A DNA stretch of 64,000 nt from Basidiobolus meristosporus CBS 931.73 (Eukaryota; Fungi; Basidiobolomycota), in the NCBI GenBank assembly GCA_002104905.1, contig MCFE01000175.1, positions 1 to 64,000 of the forward strand. Reading direction: 5' to 3'. The notes beneath the pieces were generated by a model. The model made no database searches, had not been told where the DNA came from, and worked only from the letters and a program-made list of their open reading frames with translations. The translations under genes and the position numbers were made by a program. Below are positions 9,612 through 23,661 of this stretch, piece after piece; the first letter of the stretch is position 1, and every line of letters begins with the position of its first letter.

Positions 9612-11324
9612 TGGTATGCTTGCAATGGATCAAAGCGCAGGTCTCTGCTCTTGATTTTTCCAACCACATCAATCTCACACCGTTACTGCCATGCTAAATG
9701 CTAGTGGAAGTATCGTTGTTTCTACGAGTGTGTTCTATTTTGATCCATTAGCATTCAGTCATTTCATTAAGTGACATTCTAAGCACCATCATCCTTCCTG
9801 TTGGTAACGAGAGTGAAAATGTTTAGTTTTCTTATCACGCAGAACACTGCCTTTCTCCTGATTCTCAAACTATCTTTAATAAAGGTTGCTTTAGACTTCA
9901 AGGAGATAATGTTGCTCAAGCCTTCATGTTTCTCATATTACTCCAACATTCAGAAGTTCAGCAAAAACCACTTGGAAGTTTTCCAGGACAAGTTATCTCC
10001 CAATATTGTAGGTGATGTAGAAGGGCGGTCCTGCGCAAGTTTAAGTGTATTGTAATCCGCATGGATTTGTATAGTATATCATCAATTCAGTAGATATATT
10101 TGTACGTGTACGCTACATAACGTTTTATAACTAATACAGGCTCGTATCCACTTATTGGCAGCACCATTTTACCGCGCGAAATCCATTCATTCAAACTACT
10201 TATTGCTACAAAGACCTTTACACTTCAAGCATGTATTAGGTAAACTAGTTAACCTTCATGCCCAGATCTCTTGTTGTTTGGATACTAAGACAAGATCATC
10301 CCTCGCACATGCGGGATGTGCTTTGGATTAAACCAGATTTCAAATGGGGTAATTAGAGTCAGTGATACATATCAATCCCAAGTATTTACGATGTTTGCAC
10401 CATATGAGATGGAGTTGGGAACACGTGGTGGGATTATTCCATATCTGATCCTTGCAGAAGGAAGACTGTCCATTCCACATATCTGATTGGTAGTGCAGCC
10501 GATTTCGAACAATGTAGCAACAATAGTCTGATATATTGGTCACAGGCTAATCACGATGGGTGATTGTCAAATGTTGTCATATTACTGTATAAGTCGGATT
10601 TGAATGATTTGCATTTTGATGTCATCCTTAGATTTTCTTTGAAGTGCAATGGTTTTTGTTACTGGGCATATTTACAATATACCACTGTACCGATAACTAT
10701 ACACACTTCTATACTTTCTTCACCAGGCAACTATAATGCTCATATATTCCTGACTGGCCTAAGTGGTCTAAATATTACAAGTAACCACTAACCAAGAATT
10801 TGGGTTGGGAGTAGTAAAGACCAGAAGCTAGAATATAGATGAGAGTTGAAACAAATATATAGGTGTTAATATAAGAACTACATCAACAACGCCCCTATGT
10901 AAAAAAACTCAAAGGATCAGTAGAATGCCAGCATATTACCAGCAGAAATCATATTTTCTTTCAAGTTGAAACTTACAATGTCAGAAGCTCTCGCTTTTTG
11001 AGTACAAATAGACACGTAACCTGAAAGAGGATGTACCTATGTAATACTCATACCAGATATGGCAACAGTCAGCCTACTACTTCCTGTGGCATTTGTGCTT
11101 GATAAACTAACTGCAAATACTGGTGTACCACTGGCAGAACACCGTATAGTATTCAGGTTGGATTTTTTCTGCACGGTGCACTAGCCAAATTAATTAGCTT
11201 AGTTGGCTTTAATCCTAACATTTAGATAAACCAGCCTTCTGTATGAGCATATATCTTATAGCATTGCTTTATGAGTATATATAGAACTACTCTGCTATGC
11301 AAAGTAGCTCCATATTACTTTAAG

Positions 11325-11570
11325 AATTTGAGCAATAGAGACCATGTAGATTATGTGGTTTTCACTCAATGCTTTATTGAATGTGAAAGTAGTGTTTATA
11401 CCTTTACTTGTTCTTGTCAAAACAAGCACATAAAGTATGCTTAGAAGGGCTCCAAGAGCATGTGTACAAGGCTTGGACAACTTTAGACAAGTTACTCAGT
11501 TCTTGTCTCCTGAGTACCTGATATTTTGGTAAAATATTTCAAGTCCTAACCAAGAACTTGGGCAAGGTAG
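11325..11570 (-). mobile_element. Degenerate copia LTR remnant
   Basis: Similar to the 349-bp LTR: tatgtggttttcact, gtagtgtttatac, gagtacctgatattttggtaaaatatt. Confidence 0.6.
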
Positions 11571-12924
11571 TTTAAGACTCATAATCTATGAGCTAAACAA
11601 CAAAGTTAGTGAAATACTGTGGCGTAATAAAAGACGTGCAATATAAATGAGCTTGCTTCAATGCAATTGCACCTTGAGTACCACTATATCCAGCTCAATT
11701 TATAAGTATTGTAGCATATGTAGGCACATATAAGGCTCAAGAAGTATGCAATACTGACTTTTAATCTATTCAGACTATTTATGTACAGCTGATGAAGAAC
11801 AGGAGTGGGGGGCTCAAGCTCATTACAAGCCATTTGTGATACTCTCTATTCTGCCTATAATGTCAGGTACCCTGAAAAATACTTGGTAGTAAACAGTGTG
11901 TTCTGTGTAAGCAGTTGTTTTCAATTCAAAGATCTTATGGGTACTTCATCTGATATGTACAAGCAACTTGGTGCTAAACTTATTATTTGAAAGGTCAAAA
12001 TCTTAAAGCAGTCAAGCCTTTTAGCTGCTTAATCAGTAATGAGTAATTTATTACTTCGCTATGGATCACTGCATAGACAATTTCTAACTTAGTGGCGCTT
12101 AGTGGCGAGTAACTTGATGCACAGATGGATAAGGATATAATTGATGCTGTCAGATGGTCGAGCTCTGGCTCCTTGAAAATGAACACTAATACTGATTAGT
12201 ATGCTTCCCAAGTATTTTGGGATCTTCCTCGAGCATTCTAAACAGAAATTTTTAAGGTCACCCATATATGAATACTATATGTTGGGTCAATAAATCCGCA
12301 ATTAGTAGTCAACATTTTGTTCCAAATACTTAAAAAGACCTCCAGATCCCAACTGCCACTATCAGCAGGCCCTACGCTGAGGACATTAGTGTTGTGAGTT
12401 TCGTATTTACATTAACTTGGTGATCTATCCAACGCAGAATACAACTATCATCCTGATAATCACCACACCAATCAGCAAGCATTATCCAAATCTTAGTAGG
12501 AAATTCTAATGAATTAGTGAAGTCATAGATTCATAGCTAATATACTAAAAAGCCCCAATTCTATTATCAACAGTATTGTGATCGGAACTTCCATGCAATT
12601 CGACGTATTTTGTAACTCTTCACAAGTAATATAGATGGGTATGCGCTAATATTTCATATAAAATAAATCGCAATAGATCACTACCAAATATCCGTCCACC
12701 AGATCCGAAGTGACCAATAGATATACGCATATGGGCTGCGGATAACGAATATATTTGGGAGAAAGTCCACTCCACCGAATTAAACCCAAGCCAATTGTTC
12801 AATGCGGGAAGCTGACCTTGACGCCTTCAAGTGCAACATAAATACATATACTTCGTGAACTATGTCCGGTTAAGAAAATTTATCAACCAATCGAATTACT
12901 AGCTGTGGAGTGTTAATTGTCAAA

Positions 12925-13983
12925 ATGCTCTCTTGGTGTCGCCCTTTGTCGTCTACGGTGTCAAGTCTTGCAACCCGAACGCGTTCTAACTCGGTTTGCT
13001 GTTTTGGACCCCCCTCGTATAGGCTTTTACATCACAGCACCGCCTCGGCTTTATCTTCCTCAGCTCCAGAGAAACCCTTACCCATAACTATTGTTGCATG
13101 TTCTTCTCGAATTGATCTACTCACAGACTTGGACACACCTGAACATCCTACTACTGCTGGCTGGCCTCGTTTTCTTGCTGAAAATACACAAGAAACGGAG
13201 CATCTATTTGAAGAGGACTCCCTATTGAAATGGCAATTTATGGCAATCCTTCGTGAAGGTGTAAATGCAGAGGAAAAGGTCATTGGTTTAGCGAATTCTA
13301 TACCTTTCTACTGGTCAACTCCCAATGATAACAACAGTCTTCCAGATTTGGGTTGGGATGCTGTTATGCGCTCTGGACTCCAGCTTGATCGTTCTTTGAA
13401 AAATGCAGTATATGATGGACCAAAACCTAACGCTTTAAGCGCCGTTGCTGTTTCGGTTGATCCCGCATATCGGTTTAAGAAGACCGGTAGGGATATTGCA
13501 GCCGAGCTTCTAAATACGATGAAAACAGCAGCAAGAGACTCGGGATTTTCTGCATTCGTTTTGCCCGTGAGGCCGACTGGCAAGGCAAGCAGCGAGGAGT
13601 TTATAAAAATGGATTTCGAGGAGTATTGCGCCAAGGTTAGGGGTCAAGATGGAGTTATCTCGGGTGGCCTTCTGGCGTTTAATAGCTGCGACTCTGGCGC
13701 GGAGCCATGGGATCCCTGGATTCGCAAGCACATAATGATGGGAGGGAAGATAGCCAGACCTGCACTGCAAGGAACAACCATCAAAGGTACTAAGAAGGAG
13801 TGGGAAAAGTGGACTGGTGTAGACTTCGGTGCCATAGCAACTGGTGAACGTCTTACGAAGTATGGAGACGGCAAAGTCAGTGTCGATATCATGATTCCAG
13901 GTGGATTAGTCCCGGTGAAGTATTTCCCAGCCACCGACACGGGAATCTACGAGGAACCCAATTTGTGGATGAGATATTTTTGA
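12925..13983 (+). CDS. Bacterial-type GNAT-like N-acyltransferase with a putative organellar targeting peptide, intronless
   Basis: LSAVAVSVDPAYR, FVLPVRPT, PWDPWIRKHIMMGGKI, EWEKWTG, PGGLVPV and YEEPNLW match an uncharacterised GNAT family I know mainly from bacteria. N-terminus is Ser/Arg-rich and lacks acidic residues. Confidence 0.75.
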   Translation: MLSWCRPLSSTVSSLATRTRSNSVCCFGPPSYRLLHHSTASALSSSAPEKPLPITIVACSSRIDLLTDLDTPEHPTTAGWPRFLAENTQETEHLFEEDSLLKWQFMAILREGVNAEEKVIGLANSIPFYWSTPNDNNSLPDLGWDAVMRSGLQLDRSLKNAVYDGPKPNALSAVAVSVDPAYRFKKTGRDIAAELLNTMKTAARDSGFSAFVLPVRPTGKASSEEFIKMDFEEYCAKVRGQDGVISGGLLAFNSCDSGAEPWDPWIRKHIMMGGKIARPALQGTTIKGTKKEWEKWTGVDFGAIATGERLTKYGDGKVSVDIMIPGGLVPVKYFPATDTGIYEEPNLWMRYF

Positions 13984-15053
13984 ACCAAGTATCTTGGCAT
14001 CAGCGCCTGGAAATTGATTGTATCAATAAAGTAATACTGAGTAGAACTGAAGCCAGCATCATCGTAGATCATGTTGCTATTTGGGGTCTATTACTCGGTT
14101 TCGCAATGAGCGGCAGCATTCTTGGCGACACAACTGTGCACTTCTTGGCCCGTTGGTAACAGAGATGGTATTGAGTGTTGACCGGAGCATAGGCTAATTG
14201 GGCCTGCCTGTCACGGTCCAAATGGGACGGGAAATACCTGTTGACAGCTAAACAAGCGACCAGAGTATATGTATCCTCTTGGGCGAGATCCAAAAAAAGG
14301 CAAAATCACTGAGTTAGATAAGCCATCAGCTAATACACGAGCCAGTGGATGATGTTGGTGTCACCCCAATGCATATTGGGGATTGGGAGTTCCCCTGGTT
14401 TCATCGTTTTGGCAAATTCTCAGCTTGCCCATGGCCCAGGTGATGCCAAGTAAAAATGATGGCAACTGAAGAGCCAAGACCCGGTAAAGTGTGCAGGAAG
14501 CTCGTCAAGGCAGCCATTGCCTGCGATAACACCGTAGGGATGTTTGAGTAAGCAACCGATTGAAAGCTGCTGTTGAGCAGTGGGTTGCATCATCGACATT
14601 GTGGGGGGGGGGAACAACGAGGTATTCTTTGTTCGAAAAGAAAATGTCAAGAGATCCATTGAAGCGTTGCATGCATGGCCAACGACGCCATTAATTTGGA
14701 CCAACATTGAGACACAGTTCTCGGAAATCTATTTATGGGCCTTCCCGATTAACAAGAGGGACTGCAACAATATAAATAACAATAAGCTACTTCGTACCTC
14801 GAACTTTATATAAATCGCAGCGATCCCTGGATTCAGTATGTGCTAGTCATTTTGGTCAGTCAGGGCGTTGCGTTAACCATTGCCACGATTATTTCTTCAG
14901 GAATCCCGCTCAAATTTAGTCTTTGAACACATTTGATTATCCTTATATACCGCCTCGCTGCGCTTTCGCCCCACAACTTTATCTCTCAGTCCACGGTATA
15001 CTATCCGCTACATTGAGCTTCCCGCTTGAACTTTATACCCTTTTTTTCTGACC

Positions 15054-16350
15054 ATGTCGGAAGTTCCAGTGTCCAATTACGTCATTGGCTTTACAGTTTC
15101 ACTCTGCGCCTCGATCGCAGACGCGTTTGGTGCAAACTTGATGAAGCGAGACCACGCTCGAAACGAGGCTCTCCCTCCGGAACAAAGAAAACACGAATTT
15201 CTTCGTTGGGGTTGGCACCTGGGGCTGCTTTGCTATGTAGGTAGCCAAGTCGTGGGGAGTACCATCGCACTCAGTATGTAGCATGTCTTCGTCTCCTGCA
15301 TATGTGATGTCATTGACATTCATCACATCTAGATTTCTTGAAGACACAGTGGGTGGCGCCCCTGGGCTCGGCCGCTTTGATATTTAACTTCATCTTTGCC
15401 AGGCTTCTCGTGGGCACTCCAATCACCAAGAGTGACTTATATGGAACTGCCATTGTAATATGTAGTGTCGTCTGGGTTGTTGTATTTGGAGGGCTCGGAA
15501 AAGACGATGATTGTAAGTTCTTTTTACACCTCTTTCTGTTCTATGATTGAGACAGCTCATACAATCACCCTAGACGAGAATGATCTATCTCTGGAGACTC
15601 TCAAGCTACTATACTTCCGGCCACTTTTCATTACGTACTTCAGCGTTCTGAATATCACCACGTTGGGGAGCTTTGCGTTCGCTGTCTATGTCAAGCGATT
15701 AATGAACAACAAAGAGAAGAAGCAAAAAATCCGGCTTTTCCGATCCATGGAAACTATCCGTTTGCTACGTCTGATCGGCATGTGCTTTGCTTGCATCGGT
15801 GGCTTGTTTGCGAGTGAGACTCTTCTGCTTGCAAAGAGCGGGTAAGTGACTTCACCGCAGTAGAGTGGTGTTCTGGTTGGCATGCTAAGAACTATTCCAA
15901 CAGAATCCGATTGCTCGTTATCTCGATCTCCAGCGAAAATCAGTTCACCGACGGGCTGTCCATCGCTATAGTGATCGGTCTGATATTTACCGCCGTACTA
16001 CAGGTAGAGAAACGCTCATGATTCCTGACTAAGGCTCCAACTTCTAAAGTCTTCTTAAGCTGTACTGCCTAAACAATGCGCTCAAATATGCAAACTCAGT
16101 AGTGGTGGTCCCTTTGTTCTATTGCTTTTATACGTGTGTTGGACTATTCAACACGTGCGTGTATTTGAATCAGTTCGAAACCTATCCGTGGTGGGTCTTA
16201 CTTCTGATTTTGGTTGGAGTGGTTATTTTGGTATTCGGGGTCCGGCTGCTATCTCAATCTAAAACCCAAGATCAACATCACATAGAGCTCTCGTACCCTG
16301 AAAACGACTTGTCAGATCTGGAGTTGAGCTCAGTATCTAGCAAGGAGTAA
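15054..16350 (+). CDS. NIPA/DUF803 Mg2+ transporter family; exons 15054-15273, 15333-15512, 15574-15841, 15904-16003, 16060-16350
   Basis: Four GT-AG introns keep the frame. Motifs DAFGANLMK, WVAPLGSAALIFNFIFA, LNNALKYANSVVVVPLFY. Confidence 0.85.
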
Positions 16351-19030
16351 CCAACACATCAGCTCTCTTGACGGGCAGGAACAGAGCACCTTATTTCCCT
16401 TTCCCAGCTTTGTATGATAGATACATGTTTTCCGTGCGCATTCCATACCCATCTGGTTCCAACCTCTTAAGTGGCTTTGTAAGAAAGATGACTGACACCT
16501 AACATTAACTGTGAATAAATCAAATACTTCTGCGGATCGGCGTGTATGGTTCTGAGAAACCGGAGTATAATCTAGAATGACCAAGCCTAGAAAATAATGG
16601 ACTTTGCTTGTGTAATGGTAAAATGGCAATCTCAAGCAATGATCGTCTCCATACGATTTTGCGATTGAACAAAGCAACAGGGAGGTTACGATCCGATTAT
16701 ATCATCAACAATGGCGTACTCTTATGTCGCACGCCAAAGAGTTAGGGTGTATATACATATACAGTAGGCAGGTGCCCCTACTATAGGACAATTGGGAAAT
16801 GCACATCTAGGCTCTTGCGGCAGCCCTGCATGCCTTTGTTCTCCACTGATCCGCACGGTTCGGGATGCCCTTGGATGATCCCCCGCCTGGAATGGTAGGT
16901 TAGTGGCGCTCATAGTTAATAAACATTTAGAATACCGGGGAGTGTCGAGTGAAGTGAAGTGATCATAAGCTTGGTCATGATTCATATTGCTGGCAAACCA
17001 ATAGGAGTACCTGTATGATATCATTCATTGTTCCAAGTTCAATTTTCAGCAACGCCATCAACCGAACGGTAGCCCAACAAACCTGTACAATGTCCGGCTA
17101 TTGAGTAGCCAATATAGTCTTGAGGGGATCAAGCCCAAGAGCTGACATCATTTCTCAGGCGCCAAGCACATCGATGATTACACAAACTACGCAGGTTGGT
17201 GTATGCGTCGTGGTGATTTTCGATATTCTAAGGGCTTCGTTCAGGTGGAGCGCCCATTTTCGCGCAGCACACTCGCGAGACGAAGTATACACTCCTCTAA
17301 AATTGGAACGAGGTATTCTGATACATCAACATGGGATGCATATTGATACGTACAGGAAATGTGGTTTTGTGTGCTGCTAACTTGACGTGTATTGCTTCCA
17401 GGAGAATTATTCTGTGTGATGCGAGCCAGCACAGAAACAACCTATGAGCGCCGCTTGCCACGCACCATAAGAAATTGGCATCCAAGAATGGCCTTCCATT
17501 ACTTCTGTATGCCCAACGAATTTCAGTGTCTCTGGAACAGCCGCTCGGCCAATGTTTTCTGCGGATCTACATGTATGAGGTCATAACAGCTGTGTAGTTT
17601 GTTTCTGGATTTGGAATCAATGCCAAACAAGTAACAAATCCCAACAGGCGGCCTGGAGTAGGGAGCCCATGGACCTGGGCTGATGCTGATTGGTTTGGGT
17701 ATGGACGATGACCCTTCAATTGGAAGCTAGGGTACCTACCTACGATCAGTACCATTGTTACAACCTAATCTCTGCTTCAAGCAGCAACCCGGCCCCGACA
17801 TGGGCTCAGGTCGCTTATGGAAACAAAACGCTGATCGTACCTTCCTTCTAGGCTCCGCTGAACCGGTGCAGGTCCTCTCCAAGCCACTCCTATCGATCGG
17901 TTCTCAGCCTCATCTGCCGAACAACTTGGCAGCACCAGCCGACCCTCGTGAGGTCAGAAGTGCAGAGTCACCCGCCGATTGCCGCAACTTAAACGGTTAG
18001 CACTAATTCGCAACCGGTTTTCTGAATGGCCAAGCTGATCGGCCTATCGTACCGGTTCGAAGCAATGTGGGAAACACATCTTTCGATTGGGAACTGACAA
18101 GGTTTCATCTAGGATATGCACATCCCGATCAAGATTCAACAAGTTTGGGAATTTTACACTTGTGACTTCATAAACAGAAAAACATGCAATGGTGAGAAAA
18201 TCTTGATGAGACCTCACTGGGCAGGCGTGCCGATTCAGAGTTCGGCTAAAGTCTCAGTATTTTATCCACCCAGGTGGCGCTTCCAGCCGTCGCATGAGCC
18301 CATAGACCGTCTCTGTTACATCATGTCCGTCTGTAGCTGGCTCTTGACCTAGAACACTTGGGAACCACGCATATAGCAACATTGGTTACGCTCACACATC
18401 CGTACCACTTCCAGCAGCCCCCAGCATATTCCATTTCCCAAATCATCATGTCCGCCCGTTGCAACCACATCATACACTGCAGTGAGGTAAATGTGTTCAA
18501 CAAGTAACGGAGCCAATCCGATTGCTCGACGCGTTCCAAAAATAAAGGAAATCATCATAAACCACCGAATGTCCGTTGAATCTCCCGCCTCGCCATTGGC
18601 GAGGTATCCCTGGGGTATGAATGTGTATCGATCTACAATGATTGTTGAGTACCTAGCATGGCAACTGAATTACTACTTGGGACACTGACATCATAATTGG
18701 AGAATGCATTCTTCCTCACCAATTAGAGCTAGCTAATGGCACCCAGGGATCACATTGCTTTTAGTGTTGGATTGTGGAACACTTGTATTGATCAAGTAAA
18801 CTGAAATCCTGGTGCTAAACAATTCTGCGAATAACATGAGGTGCCTTCCTAGATCTGCAACGCATCTCGTATATAACCCGACCCTGCTCTGCCACCCATC
18901 CATTCCCAATAGTTGCATCCTGTCAAACTCCCGAACTAGTTCCAAGCTTGGAAACAATCACCATTCGCATCTGGCTCCAGTCAGAAACCAACACTCTCTC
19001 TTTGCTTCCGCCAAAAACAACAAGTCCACC

Positions 19031-20466
19031 ATGGCATCCACCTCGCCCAAATCCTACAACTACGACGAGAAAATCTCCAACATGGACGTTTCCTCGGTCA
19101 ACACATCCGTGGAGGCGGGCCATTCCTTAACCATGCACTCGACCACATACGAAGAGAAGAACGAGGAGACCTCTAGTGTACTCGTCGAGGAGACCGGGGA
19201 AAAAACCTCCGCCAAGAAGGCGTTTCTTTTGTTAATAAAGGCTTTTGTTGGCACGGGCATTTTATTTCTGCCTAAGGCTTTCTTCAATGGCGGACTTCTA
19301 TTCTCAGTGATCATCCTTGCGCTTGTTGGTAGTATCACAGCATGCGCAACGCTACTTCTGGTCAAAGTGCGCCTTCAAGTTCCTGGTGAATTTGGCGAAA
19401 TTGGTGGTATTCTCTATGGGAAACCAGTTCGGATTCTGGTTCGATTCTCGATTACCATTTCACAGGTAAGCTCTTGGTTCCGCTGCATCCTTCCCCTCAA
19501 TAACAATACTAACAACCTCTCCAACAGCTGGGATTTTGTTGTGCCTACTTCATTTTCGTGGCTCAGAACCTTTACGACTTAACCCACACCTTGTCAGGGT
19601 GTAGAGTGGACATTCCGGTCAAGTACTTCATCTTCCTGCAGCTAGTCGTCTACGTCCCCTTTGCCATGGTGAGGAAGATCAAAGCATTCTCATATGGGTC
19701 ATTGGCCGCCAACATATTCATCTTGTTTGGTATCGTCTACATATTCTATGTCGATATCGATCACTTCGTCTCCGTTGGTGCTGGTGATTTCAAGCTATTC
19801 AACCCACAAGACTTCCCCCTGTTCATTGGAACCGCATTATTCAGCTTCGAGGGAATCGGCCTGGTTCTACCCGTGGTGAATTCTATGAAAGAGCCCAAAC
19901 GCTTTCCTGCAGTTCTTGCCTCGGTCATCGTAACGGTCACGGTGATATTCGTGGGGATCGGTGCAGTCTCCTACGCCGCATTTGGCAGCTCAACTGAGAC
20001 GATCATCCTGCTGAACATGCCTAGTGATCAAGCCACAACCAAGGTTGTGCAGTTCTGTTATGTGTTCGCGATCCTTCTTACTCTTCCGCTGATGATCTTC
20101 CCGGCGACCAATATCCTAGAAAGCGCTATATTTGGCGACAGATCCGGCAGGAAGTCAACCATGATCAAATGGGAGAAAAATCTTTTCCGTGCCTTGCTTT
20201 GCGTCTGTCTGGGCCTGATATCCTGGGGAGGTGCATCGAATCTTGACAATTTTGTTTCCCTAATTGGCGGCTTTGGGTGTATCCCATTGCTCTTCATCTA
20301 TCCCGCGCTTTTCCACTTCAAAGTATGTGCGAAATCCATCTGGGCCAGGGCCGGAGATATTGTGCTATCTCTCTTTGGGCTTGGCGTGATGATATTTGTG
20401 ACATACATTAGCATCAAGAGCTGGTCAACTTCCGAGGTTGTTAACCGCTGTGGAAACGCTGTGTGA
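19031..20466 (+). CDS. Vacuolar amino-acid transporter, AVT3/4-like (Aa_trans); exons 19031-19465 and 19528-20466
   Basis: KAFLLLIKAFVGTGILFLPKAF, SQ|LGFCCAY, FIGTALFSFEGIG, TLPLMIFPA, SLIGGFGCIPL. Confidence 0.92.
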
Positions 20467-21361
20467 GCCGATTAGCCACCCACCATCATGGTTTGCAAAG
20501 TACCAGAAACCTTATTCCTAATGTATTGACTTTGTTGTGTTTACACTTTCTCCAGAAGACAAGCATTATATCCAGTTTTGTTGTTGGATATCAGTAATCT
20601 CTGCTGTTTACTTCTCCACTCTATCACTGTACAAATATGTGTAAGAATGTCCAGAGATATTCCTTTGTAGCCTTTTCAACTTATTACGATACTAATAAAA
20701 CTTTGAAATTAAGAGATTGCTATGGACTCCATACAATAACCTCCTGTCAGACACATTTAAGACATGCGATTCAGTGCGACCATTTGACATGTGTCTCACA
20801 ACATGTGCACATGCTTGGCTGTTTGGTCAGCTTTTTGTTTGGCATAGTATGCGCATGAATAAATGAATTTCTCTCCTGCATTAAAAATTCATAAAGCTCA
20901 TCCACACAAGGCCCTAGCAGACAACAAATAATACGAGTGCCACAATGGCATCTATCCAAAGTATCACCCTTCTTTAACTGTTCCCAACTGTGGCGGGTCC
21001 ACGTCGCTATTCCCAGGGGTATCGAAGATATCCTCCTCCAAAATAGGCCCTGCATTTACAATCATCCAAGCCTGTACAACACCAGGACGTTAACACTGCT
21101 AAGAAACGACAAACCCCTTTGGGGCCTTTGATACCAGAGGATTCCGTAAAACTAGCAAGTAGCACCTGAAACAGCTCTTTGAGTGCAGCACAAACTGCTT
21201 ACTATCTTTTGGTCACCACTACACTGAGATATAGTGATCGAAAATCACCTTCGGTCGCATAAAATCGAATTAGAAAAATGAGTCATGGGTGATGCATATT
21301 ATATTATAGGTGATGATTGCATGTTACAGAGTCGACTAGAAGTGAAGAATGTGCGGTGATA

Positions 21362-22541
21362 TTACCGAGAGTATCTGAGAAACAGCATGCCAAGTATAGA
21401 GCCGGTGGCCAATCCAGTCAAAAAGAAACCGAAGTATCTAGACCAAATTGCACGACCATTAAATTGCTCTCTTTCTTCTAGAAAGCTCTGCTTTAAATCT
21501 TGAATTTCCAGTTTCCATTTATCTATGGTCACCACCAACTCTTCCCATTTCTCCATTCCGTTATGTTTACTCTCCTTGCTCACCAACCCCTTGAGTTCTT
21601 CCACTTTGCATGCTATAATCTTCTCCAGCACGAACTTTTGGGATTCTAGAGTATCTTCGGTTTGCTCCCGCAAGATCTGCTCATAGTCCGACATTTGTTG
21701 CTGCATGGTGGTCTTCATGCTCATTTGATGCTCCTCAAAATTCTGCTGTAATTTCTCGTGTAGATCATCATGCTCCTTATGCGTGAGCTTATGTAGTATA
21801 TTTTCAAGGGATACTTTTTGCTCCGTCAAGCGCTCGCTAATCAGTTGATTGAACTCAGCTCTCTGTAATTCCAATTTCTCCTGAATAGTTTTCTCGATAA
21901 TTTCCGAGAAGCACTCGGAGAGGTTTGGTTGTGAAGCGAGAGGCTGAGTGGACGCCATGTGCAGAGGACTCGACATTCTGGTTGAAGCGTTGATTCCATT
22001 AGATATCTCCAGAGGTTCGTCACTCATTTGGCTGATTTCCTGATCGTACTCCGAAAAGATAGAGCGTGTTTCATCTTCGCTACACAGAGAAGCGCTTCCG
22101 TAAGGTGAGTGGGCACCAGCCCTGCTCTGCGAACGAGTGGCTTTTGCCATGGCTAAAAGAGAAGCAACCGATGAGTACAGGATAGAAAAAGACTAGCACA
22201 TTCAATGACATACCTCTTTTCTTCTTCTCTAGCTCTAGTGCATCCATAATCATACGACACCACTTGATGTTGGCACCGGCCTTACGCAGGTCCTCTGGCT
22301 TAGCGCGAAGAAGTAATTTCCCATCGATTCTTTTTGCCAACACAAACTCAGATAGTACTTTGAGTATCTCTGGAGGGATGTCGTTTATTCCCAGAATAAA
22401 CGCTCCTACATCGTTAGGTGTCCATTTGGTGATATACTTCTGCTGAAATGGTCCGTTTGAAACGGGTGTGGGTGAGACTGGGGATGAGAGTATGCTTTGG
22501 TTTGAGGTTGGAAATCTAGAAGAGTTAGGTCTAGTGCTCAT
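21362..22541 (-). CDS. SAM-domain + coiled-coil protein with a C-terminal TM anchor; exons 22541-22214 and 22152-21362
   Basis: KWTPNDVGAFI...IDGKLLL...EDL (SAM-like), an E/Q/K-rich coiled coil, and terminal FGFFLTGLATGSILGMLFLRYSR. The GT-AG intron is frame-preserving. Confidence 0.75.
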
Positions 22542-23585
22542 GATTAGGGGGAGGTTTAAGAGTTATGTTAAGTCCCGAGGGCGAATTAGAGATGTTAATG
22601 GTGTGAACGAAGGAAGAAAACTAGATTAGCACTCCAGGCTATGGTGTGTATTTAAGTAGCAGGAATGGGAATATGTACTGATCGTAGAATGAGGAGATTA
22701 TATTCGTCGTGATTGCATTACTCACACATATTCCATGAATGGGAACACCTCAATGGTTTATGAGAAATCTAGGCAGTGGCAAATTGAGCATCCTAATGAA
22801 TTCACTGGTTATTTTAAATGGCTAAGATCCTGAGTTAGCGAAACATGCTAACTGGTAGGAGACCCGTCACGCTATTGGTGCGCCGAGCTCAGGTTGATTA
22901 TGACCTTCTTTATTAGGATATGCAATTTAAATCCTTCTCTAAGATGCATATGTCACAGATCATTCTAATTTACATGATGAGTGATATTCATGGCAAATGT
23001 TAAATTCGCATCACTTTGGTATCAACCTCCCAGGTAATACAAGAACGCTTGTAGTACCTGAGAGATGTGAGAAGCATGTTTGCCAGAGACTATATGGAAT
23101 GGGATTACTCAACTGAAATAGCTCTGAGGAACATAGAGACCGACTATGGACAGATATCCAGAGAACGTTGATCGGGATTCAGGTTGTAATCCAATAAAAT
23201 GCCTATTTTATTGAGAACGGATGATTCTACTGTTATGTATGCATGAACAATACATTGCCGAATGTATTCTAGTTGTGTGTACTGGAATAGAGGAGTCATG
23301 ATAGCGAAACGTGCTAACCTTTCGGCTATCAAAGAGTTGTGCTGAAACAAACGCGAATGACCTGAATCGTCGTCTTATTACGTTTGCCAAAGCTGTGGCT
23401 TAGTTCGCCTCGATCTGTGGGTTCATTGGTATGCATCCACTTGGTGTTGTGCTTTGGTGGTGGCTTAGCGTTCATTGGAATGCCATCCCAAGAGGTCATG
23501 GCGAGATATAAAGCTCGCTCCTTCAGACCTCCGCATCCACATCCTCGCCTTGGGAAGCACGCTGACCAACACTCGAGCACAGACC

Positions 23586-23632
23586 AAAACACAAGCACAA
23601 GCACAAACACAAGCACAAGCACAAGCACCAAC
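23586..23632 (+). repeat. (ACAAGC)n microsatellite upstream of the fasciclin ATG
   Basis: acaagcacaagcacaaacacaagcacaagcacaagc. Two units shorter in the duplicate copy. Confidence 0.8.
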
Positions 23633-23661
23633 TCAGCCTCAAACAGACAGCCAGAAAAGCC

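Noticed and set aside
10200-10560. Protein-like minus frame (...RIRYGIIPPRVPNSISYGANIVNTWD*)
   Set aside because: Several stops, no start and no recognisable family. It could be a pseudogene but is unsupported.
14069-14707. Minus-strand ORFs between the GNAT and NIPA genes
   Set aside because: No consistent splice model or motif found.
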